DNA of 64,000 nt, taken from the NCBI GenBank assembly GCA_052033935.1, contig JBPOJE010000011.1:75814-139813 (forward strand). Direction: 5' to 3'. Positions 58,171 to 64,000 of this stretch are shown one piece after another. The DNA is from Armatimonadota bacterium (lineage in GTDB: Bacteria; Armatimonadota; UBA5829; DSUL01). Every line of letters starts with the position of its first letter. Within the stretch, counting starts at the first letter, position 1. The position numbers were made by a program, and so were the translations under genes. The notes under the pieces were generated by a model. That model did not search any database. It saw only the letters and a program-made list of their open reading frames with translations, and had not been told where the DNA came from.

Positions 58171-59676
58171 GTGATTAGCGAACACCCAGGCAACACAGTG
58201 AAAGTCAACCGCCTTCCCTACCGGATCAAACCCAATCCGGGCCGCGTCATCACCAGGCTCTTCGCCTGGCCCGAGGAGCACCGCAACGTCCGGCGCATCG
58301 AGCGGATTCTGGCCCTGCCCGATGAGAAGGCCGCGGAAATGGCCGCCGATCTGCGCGAGGAGTATCGCGAGCACATTGCGGACATCGTGGAGACCTGGCA
58401 GGAGAACTACAGGGCCGTCCAGCACCTCGTGCCCCATGCCAGCCTGCCGTTGCCCGAACACCTCCGGATGCTCATCGGCGCGTTCTTCACGTCGGAGTAC
58501 GCCATCGAGTCGGCGGCGCTGTTCAACCCGTCCATCGTGCGGGCGCACGACCAGAGCGGCGCCCCGCCGGGCACGACGCGCTTTCTGATGAGCTTCCGGG
58601 CGACCGGCGAAGGCCATCTCTCGTCCGTGGTGTTCCGGAGCGGCGCCATTGACCGCGACAACAACATCACCTTCGAGAAGCAGCCGCGCAACCGCAGTCC
58701 GCTGCAGGCAGTGGAAGACGCCGCGTTCAACACCCGCCAGTTCCGGCGCGTGCTGGTGGACATTGGCGCGCACGATCCCTTCCAGCAGATGGTGCTGAGG
58801 GAACTCGGGGATCAGTTCACTCTGTCGGAGCTGAACGCCGCTCTCGATGACGCGATGAACATCCACCCTCTTCCCATCGCCTGGGAGGAGAGCGCGGCGA
58901 CCATGCTCACCCTGGCAAGGTCCGATTACCGCCTCGAGATTCCAGAAGGAATGGACCCGTCGGAGATCGTGATCTTCCCGCGCTCCGAGAACGAGCGCCG
59001 GGGCATCGAGGATCTGCGGCTGGTGCAGTTTGTGGACGAAGACAACTCCCAGATCCTTTACGGCACCTACACCGCGTTCAACGGCACGGCGGTCTTCCCC
59101 ACGCTCATGGAGATGAGAGACACGCACGCGATCGCGGTGCACACGATGCGCGGGCAGTATGCGCTGAACAAGGGCATGGCGCTGTTCCCGCGCAAGATCA
59201 ACGGGCGCTACGTGATGAGCGGGCGGCTGGACGGTGAGAGCCTCTACATTCTGGAGTCGGACAACGTCCTTGTCTGGAACGAGGGGCGCATCGCTCAGGA
59301 GCCCGAGTACGCTTGGGAGCTGTCGCTGATGGGCAACTGCGGATCGCCCATCGAGACGGAAGAGGGGTGGCTGCTGCTGACGCACGGCGTGGGGCCGATG
59401 AGGCAGTACTGCATCAGCGCGATGCTGCTCGATCTGGAAGACCCAGCGCGCATGATCGGGCGGTTGAGCGAACCCTTGATTGTGCCCACGGGCGACGAGC
59501 GGATCGGCTATGTTCCAAACGTCGTGTACACCTGCGGGGCGATGCTTCACAACGAGTGGCTGCTGATACCCTATGCCGTCAGCGACAGCCTGACAACCTT
59601 TGCCACGGTGGACTTCCGGGAGCTTCTGGAAGCCCTGAAGGCGGGCGGAAGGAAGCTCGCCGGCAGTTCCGCATAA
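58171..59676 (+). CDS. glycoside hydrolase family 130-like protein (beta-propeller glycoside phosphorylase/hydrolase) with ~170-aa N-terminal extension
   Basis: GIEDLRLVQFVDEDNSQILYGTYTAFNG and C-terminal GYVPNVVYTCG ... LIPYAVSD resemble GH130 (EDPRI ... YxxTYTAY) motifs. Confidence 0.5.
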   Translation: MISEHPGNTVKVNRLPYRIKPNPGRVITRLFAWPEEHRNVRRIERILALPDEKAAEMAADLREEYREHIADIVETWQENYRAVQHLVPHASLPLPEHLRMLIGAFFTSEYAIESAALFNPSIVRAHDQSGAPPGTTRFLMSFRATGEGHLSSVVFRSGAIDRDNNITFEKQPRNRSPLQAVEDAAFNTRQFRRVLVDIGAHDPFQQMVLRELGDQFTLSELNAALDDAMNIHPLPIAWEESAATMLTLARSDYRLEIPEGMDPSEIVIFPRSENERRGIEDLRLVQFVDEDNSQILYGTYTAFNGTAVFPTLMEMRDTHAIAVHTMRGQYALNKGMALFPRKINGRYVMSGRLDGESLYILESDNVLVWNEGRIAQEPEYAWELSLMGNCGSPIETEEGWLLLTHGVGPMRQYCISAMLLDLEDPARMIGRLSEPLIVPTGDERIGYVPNVVYTCGAMLHNEWLLIPYAVSDSLTTFATVDFRELLEALKAGGRKLAGSSA

Positions 59677-59703
59677 CATATCGAAAGGGGACGCGAGAGA
59701 TAG

Positions 59704-60354
59704 ATGACACACAGTAAGCGAGAGGTTCTGGACAGGCTCGAGGGGACGGGAGTTGTCGCGGTTATCCGGCTGAATGACGCGGGCGCGCTGATGGATGTCT
59801 CGCGCGCGCTGCTGGACGGCGGAGTGACCATGCTCGAGGTCACGATGACCGTGCCGGACGCCATCGAGATGATACGGGCGGCCTCGAAGGAGCTGCCCAA
59901 GGATGTGATACTGGGGGCAGGAACCGTGCTGGACGCAGTGACGGCGCGGCTGGCGATACTGGCGGGCGCGGAGTTCATCGTCGGCCCGTGCACGGACGCA
60001 GGCGTGATGCAGACCTGCCGCCTCTACGACAAAGCCGTGATGCCGGGAGCACTGACGTCCACCGAGATCGTGACGGCGTGGAAGGCGGGCGCGGACGTGG
60101 TCAAGGTCTTTCCCGGCACCGTGGGCACCCCCACCTACTTCAAGGACATTCGCGGCCCGCTGCCCCAGATCAAGCTGATGCCAACGGGCAACGTGGACCT
60201 GAACACCGCCCCGGAGTACATCCGCGCCGGCGCGGTGGCGGTTGGCGTGGGAGGCAAGCTGGTGGACGCAAAGGCGGTGAAGACCGGCGACTTCACTGCC
60301 ATCACCGAGAACGCTCGCAGGTTCATCGAAGTGGTCGCCGAGGCAAGGCGCTGA
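59704..60354 (+). CDS. eda: KHG/KDPG aldolase
   Basis: 216 aa; VVAVIRLND ... GVTMLEVTMT ... LGAGTVLD ... VKVFPG profile of 2-dehydro-3-deoxy-phosphogluconate / 4-hydroxy-2-oxoglutarate aldolase. Confidence 0.85.
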   Translation: MTHSKREVLDRLEGTGVVAVIRLNDAGALMDVSRALLDGGVTMLEVTMTVPDAIEMIRAASKELPKDVILGAGTVLDAVTARLAILAGAEFIVGPCTDAGVMQTCRLYDKAVMPGALTSTEIVTAWKAGADVVKVFPGTVGTPTYFKDIRGPLPQIKLMPTGNVDLNTAPEYIRAGAVAVGVGGKLVDAKAVKTGDFTAITENARRFIEVVAEARR

Positions 60355-60482
60355 AGGCGGCAGCCCGTGCAGGCTGCTTAGCCAGTTAGCAGATAAGAGC
60401 AGAAGCCTGTGGTGTTTCGGGATGTCGCATCGTGCAGAACTGATGGATTGCGTGTATCCGAAATCCGAAACATCAAAAGAGA

Positions 60483-60955
60483 AAAGAGCAAAAGAGACAA
60501 AGGGCCAGACCTAGCGGGCAAGACGGAACCCGAGGCCGAAGCTCCAGTAGCTGTAAGGGAAGCCGCTGCCGCGGCTGGCGCAGCGGCCGTCGTGGCGTCG
60601 CTGCTCCAGCTACCGCCGCGCAGGACCCGATAGCTACCGCTTGATGGCCCCGGAGGATCCGTGGAAGGACTCACAGATAACCGCTGCTGTACCAGTCCGC
60701 AACCCACTCCCAAACGTTGCCAGCCATGTCCTGACAACCATACGGACTCGCACCCGAAGGATAACTCCCCACAGGAGCCGTCTGAAACCTCTGGTAATAA
60801 CCGCCTCCCGCCGCGGAGTTGTGGTCATACCAGTTGTTGCACTTCTCCGCGTCCCACACGTTCCCCCAGGGCCACACGTTCGGATAGCTGCCAGTCCCGC
60901 GCGCAGCCTTCTCCCACTGCGCCTCCGTCGGCAGATGTCCACCCGCCCGCGCTCA
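60483..60955 (-). pseudogene. formylglycine-generating-enzyme (FGE/SUMF1) domain remnant: C-terminal ~155 aa only, 2 frameshifts
   Basis: Frame 1 (open from 4 nt after the giant ORF stop): HLPTEAQWEKAARG ... GNVWEWVADWY. Frame 2: SPSTDPPGPSSGSYRVLRGGSW. Frame 3: CASRGSGFPYSYWSFGLGFRLAR*. Together they reconstitute the C-terminal half of an FGE domain; the N-terminal half is absent. Confidence 0.5.
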
Positions 60956-60959
60956 GGCC

Positions 60960-63900
60960 TCACGGGCCCGCGAACGTCAGCGTCCCCATCAGGTCCCAGC
61001 CGTCGGCGAGGCCGCCGGTGTCCATCGTGTACATCCGGACGCCAAACGACCGGCCTGCCGCATCCGCCAACGGCGTCAGCGACCACCGGATCTCGAGCTG
61101 GTTGTCGGCCATCGCCGCGCTGCTGTTCGCGCAGTTGATCGCTACGAACCTGTTGCTGATGGTGTTCGCGCTGCCTGGCTCATAGCCGCCCAGCCAGGCG
61201 CTGTTCGCATCGTTCCTGAGATACATCTTGTTGGCCGGGCCGTCATAGCCGAAGTAGATCGGGTCGGAGCCTGTGCCAGACGCGTTCAACAGCAGGTAAG
61301 AGCTGGTGGCGGCTTTGCCGCGGGGCGCCAGGCAGGTGGCGGTGATCATCACTTCTTGCCCGGCCGGAACGCTGGTGTTGATCGGCACGACGGACACGTT
61401 GAGATCTGGCACACCGATGGTATAGATCTGGTCCCAGCCGTCGGCAAGCGACGCGCTGTCGAGGACATACATCCACGACTTCAGGGTCCTGCCCATTACC
61501 GGCGCCTTCGGTTCGAGCATCCACCTGACGCTGAGGTTGCCGCCATTCCTGCCGATGGTTGTCTCGGCGCAGTAGAGCTTGCAGTAGCTGTTCTGAATCA
61601 CCACATCCGATCCAGGCGCCGCTCCCCCAAGCCAGGCGGTATCCATGTCGTCGCGGAGATACAGCTTGTCGCCGTCCTCGTCGTACCACAGCGAGATGCC
61701 GCGGAAGGACGAAAGAGCGGTGTTCAGCACCAGGTATGCGCCGCGGATATCCGAACTGCCGTCCGGGTCGGCATACGTCGCTGTCAGTGCCGTCTTCGCT
61801 CCGCCCAACAGGCTGTCTCCTGCGGAGGGTTCGAGGGAAACGTTTGCCGGCGGCCCTCCGAAGCTGACCTCTCCCTTCTTCTCGAAACCGGTGTTCTGGT
61901 TGGCGATGTCCGCGGCATAGAGCCAGATCGCCTGGTTCTGCCCGACCATCGGCGGCTTCATCTCCAGGCGCCACCCGATCGTGAGGGTGTCGCCGCTGCC
62001 GCTCACGGCCGTCTCGGAGCAGTGCAGCTTTACGCGAGAGTTCTCGATGGTATCGGTCGCGCCGGGCGCGCAGCCGCCAGACCAGGCTGTATTGGCGTCA
62101 TTGCGCAGGTAGAGCTTGTTTGCGACGGCGTCATACCACGCGTAGGCCGCGCCAACGCCGGAGAGCGTGCTGTTGATGAGGATGTACGAGGCCTTGATGT
62201 CGTCAAAGCCGTTCGGGTCCGTCTGCACCGTCGTGAACGTCACAAGCTGCGATGCCGGCAGTTTTCCGCTGTTCGGATCGAGGCTCACGTTCGCCGGCGC
62301 CCCTCCGAAGCTGACCTCGCCTCTCTTCTCGAAGCCGGTGTACAGGTTTGCGGCATCAGACGCATAGAGCCAGGCCAGGCAACTGCGCCCGGCCATCGTC
62401 GGCTTCATCTCCAGGCGCCACCCGATCGTCAGGGCGTCGCCGCTGCCGCTCACGGCCGTCTCGGAGCAGTACAGTATTGCGCGCGAGTTTTCGACTGTGC
62501 CGGACGAGCCGGGCGCGTGGCCGCCAGACCAGGCTGTATTGGCGTCATTGCGCAGGTAGAGCTTGTTCGCGGCAGCGTCATACCGTGCATAGACTCCCCC
62601 GACGCCGGTGAGCGTGCTGTTGATGAGGAGGTAGGAGGCCTTGATATCGCGAAAGCCGTTCGGGTCCGACTGCACTGTCGTGAATGTCAACGGACGCGAT
62701 GCCGGCAGTCTTCCGCTGTTCGGCTCGAGGCTCACGTTCACTGGAGGCAGCGACACTGCCCTGATCTCGCCCGCCAGGTTCCAGCCGTCCCCGAGGCCCG
62801 ACCGATCCCCGGCATACAGCCACTCCTTCAGCGTCTTCCCGGCGGCCGCAGGCTTCAGCAGCAGGCTGCAGGCGATTGTCAGACGCTGGTTCTGGCCACT
62901 CACGGTTGTGCCGGCACAGAAGATTGTGCAGCGGCTGTTCTCGATGGTGTTGGCCGACCCCGGCGCGAAGCCGCCCAGCCAGACAGCGTTGTTATCGCTC
63001 CGCAGGTAGATCTTGTTCTCAAGCAGGTCGAACCGCAGGAATATGCCGTTGGCGCCTGACAGCACCGTGTTCAGCAGGATCCGGCAATCTGCAATATCGG
63101 CGAACCCGTTGGGATCGTCGAAGGTCGCCTCGAACGTGTGTGGCGTCCCTGTCACGACCTGCCCCGAGGACGGAGTCAGCGTTCCTGTCTTCGGCGCCGC
63201 TTTGAGCGGTTCCAGGAGCCGAATCTCTTCGCTGACTCCCGTTTCACTCCAGGCTCCGGCGCCGTTGCGGCACCTGACATAGACGTAGCATATGCTGCCC
63301 GGAGCGAGATCAACAGCGTGCAAGGTTGCCGCGAGGCCGGATCCGGCCGATGTCCACGGCACGATGTAGCCGCTGCCGGGGTCTGCGGCGCTCGTTCCGA
63401 GAGCGTACAGCGACTCGGCAATACCCGACTCCGAGTCTCGCGTAGTCCACCTCGCTTTGATGTCGCTGCCGGTGACGTTCTGCTCCTGCTGGATGCTGAT
63501 GGACGGCGTCGCCGGCGGCGTCACGTCTGGAATGATCCCGTCGCTGACGCTTGCCTGACTCCACTGCCCGGCGCCGTTCCGCGCCTTGACATAGAAGTAG
63601 TAAGCCTGTCCGGGCGCGAGGGTGACTGGCGAAGCAGTCACGGATGGCGTCGTGCCGGTGGACGTCCACGGCACCAGGAAGCCCGATGCGGGCACTGTCG
63701 GCGATGTGCCGATCGCATACTGGTATTCCGCGATGCCCGATTGCGGGTCGGTCGAAGTCCAGCTCGCGTGCAGCGAAGTGAGGGAGGTCTGGAACAGCCC
63801 ATCGTCGGCTACTGCCGGCGTGGTGGGCGGGGAAGCATCAACCGTGATGCCGTCGCTCGTGCCGGCGGCGCTCCACATTCCGGCGCCGTTTTGAGCCTTG

Positions 63901-64000
63901 ACGTAGAAGTAATAGGTCTGGCCGCTCGTCAGCGAGAGGCCGGTGCGCGTCACGCTGGAGCTCGCGGACGTCCAGCCGACGATGTAGCCAGAGCCCGGGT
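60960..64000 (-). CDS. giant tandem-repeat surface protein (partial; N-terminus beyond window)
   Basis: Open to the window edge. At least 3 Fn3-like ~95-aa repeats (... GQ(T/A)YYFYVKA(Q/R)NGAG(M/Q)WS ...) followed by about seven ~120-aa repeats (DPNGF(R/D)DIKASY(L/I)LINSTL(T/S)GVG ... NKLYLRNDANTAWSGG ... ENSR ... CSETAVSGSGD(A/T)LTIGWRLEMKP). Confidence 0.7.
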   Translation of the reverse strand, partial: PGSGYIVGWTSASSSVTRTGLSLTSGQTYYFYVKAQNGAGMWSAAGTSDGITVDASPPTTPAVADDGLFQTSLTSLHASWTSTDPQSGIAEYQYAIGTSPTVPASGFLVPWTSTGTTPSVTASPVTLAPGQAYYFYVKARNGAGQWSQASVSDGIIPDVTPPATPSISIQQEQNVTGSDIKARWTTRDSESGIAESLYALGTSAADPGSGYIVPWTSAGSGLAATLHAVDLAPGSICYVYVRCRNGAGAWSETGVSEEIRLLEPLKAAPKTGTLTPSSGQVVTGTPHTFEATFDDPNGFADIADCRILLNTVLSGANGIFLRFDLLENKIYLRSDNNAVWLGGFAPGSANTIENSRCTIFCAGTTVSGQNQRLTIACSLLLKPAAAGKTLKEWLYAGDRSGLGDGWNLAGEIRAVSLPPVNVSLEPNSGRLPASRPLTFTTVQSDPNGFRDIKASYLLINSTLTGVGGVYARYDAAANKLYLRNDANTAWSGGHAPGSSGTVENSRAILYCSETAVSGSGDALTIGWRLEMKPTMAGRSCLAWLYASDAANLYTGFEKRGEVSFGGAPANVSLDPNSGKLPASQLVTFTTVQTDPNGFDDIKASYILINSTLSGVGAAYAWYDAVANKLYLRNDANTAWSGGCAPGATDTIENSRVKLHCSETAVSGSGDTLTIGWRLEMKPPMVGQNQAIWLYAADIANQNTGFEKKGEVSFGGPPANVSLEPSAGDSLLGGAKTALTATYADPDGSSDIRGAYLVLNTALSSFRGISLWYDEDGDKLYLRDDMDTAWLGGAAPGSDVVIQNSYCKLYCAETTIGRNGGNLSVRWMLEPKAPVMGRTLKSWMYVLDSASLADGWDQIYTIGVPDLNVSVVPINTSVPAGQEVMITATCLAPRGKAATSSYLLLNASGTGSDPIYFGYDGPANKMYLRNDANSAWLGGYEPGSANTISNRFVAINCANSSAAMADNQLEIRWSLTPLADAAGRSFGVRMYTMDTGGLADGWDLMGTLTFAGP

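Noticed and set aside
60671-60877. 68-aa ORF with GNVWEWVADWY motif as a stand-alone small gene
   Set aside because: It is one frame-segment of a truncated FGE domain whose flanking parts lie in other frames. Called as a pseudogene remnant instead.
61000-63150. Periodic DNA repeats that could be mistaken for a CRISPR or satellite array
   Set aside because: Period is ~360 bp and the repeats are in frame inside one long ORF encoding protein-domain repeats. No short direct-repeat/spacer architecture.

Overview
High-GC (~65%) bacterial chromosomal segment carrying about 45 protein-coding genes and one tRNA-Ser(UGA). Gene content points to a glycan-degrading organism of PVC-superphylum type: a DUF1559 prepilin-like protein, PEP-CTERM proteins, tandem DUF1080, CBM9-like and DUF4091 proteins, GH2, GH130-like, a BNR sialidase-like protein, a GH109-like TAT-exported oxidoreductase, and many secreted proteins of unknown function. 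This lineage call is inference only. Layout: housekeeping acpS-nnr (0.1-2.2 kb); an FHA/FHA/VWA three-gene module (2.2-6.4 kb); miscellaneous secreted/cell-wall genes (6.5-15 kb); a ~5-kb block of tandemly duplicated, frameshifted PEP-CTERM and carboxypeptidase-regulatory-like genes inserted into a multi-hairpin repeat array (15.2-20.9 kb); a 12-kb minus-strand glycan-utilisation operon with a novel polytopic membrane protein plus an HpcH aldolase and GntR regulator (21-34.7 kb); two paralogous secreted proteins, a D-lyxose-isomerase-like cupin and a PIG-L deacetylase (34.8-39.4 kb); a 1651-aa parallel beta-helix protein with six ~290-aa modules (39.5-44.5 kb); a DeoR-regulated aminotransferase / oxidoreductase / FGGY-kinase / DhnA-aldolase operon (44.6-50.4 kb); a second glycan operon with a frameshifted DeoR regulator (50.5-57.3 kb); tRNA-Ser, a GH130-like gene and eda (57.9-60.4 kb); an FGE-domain remnant; and a giant tandem-repeat surface protein running off the window end. 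No CRISPR array, transposase or integrase was recognised. Several genes carry frameshifts, which may be real decay or indel errors. Most long ORFs antisense to motif-bearing genes are GC-driven shadow ORFs and were not called.
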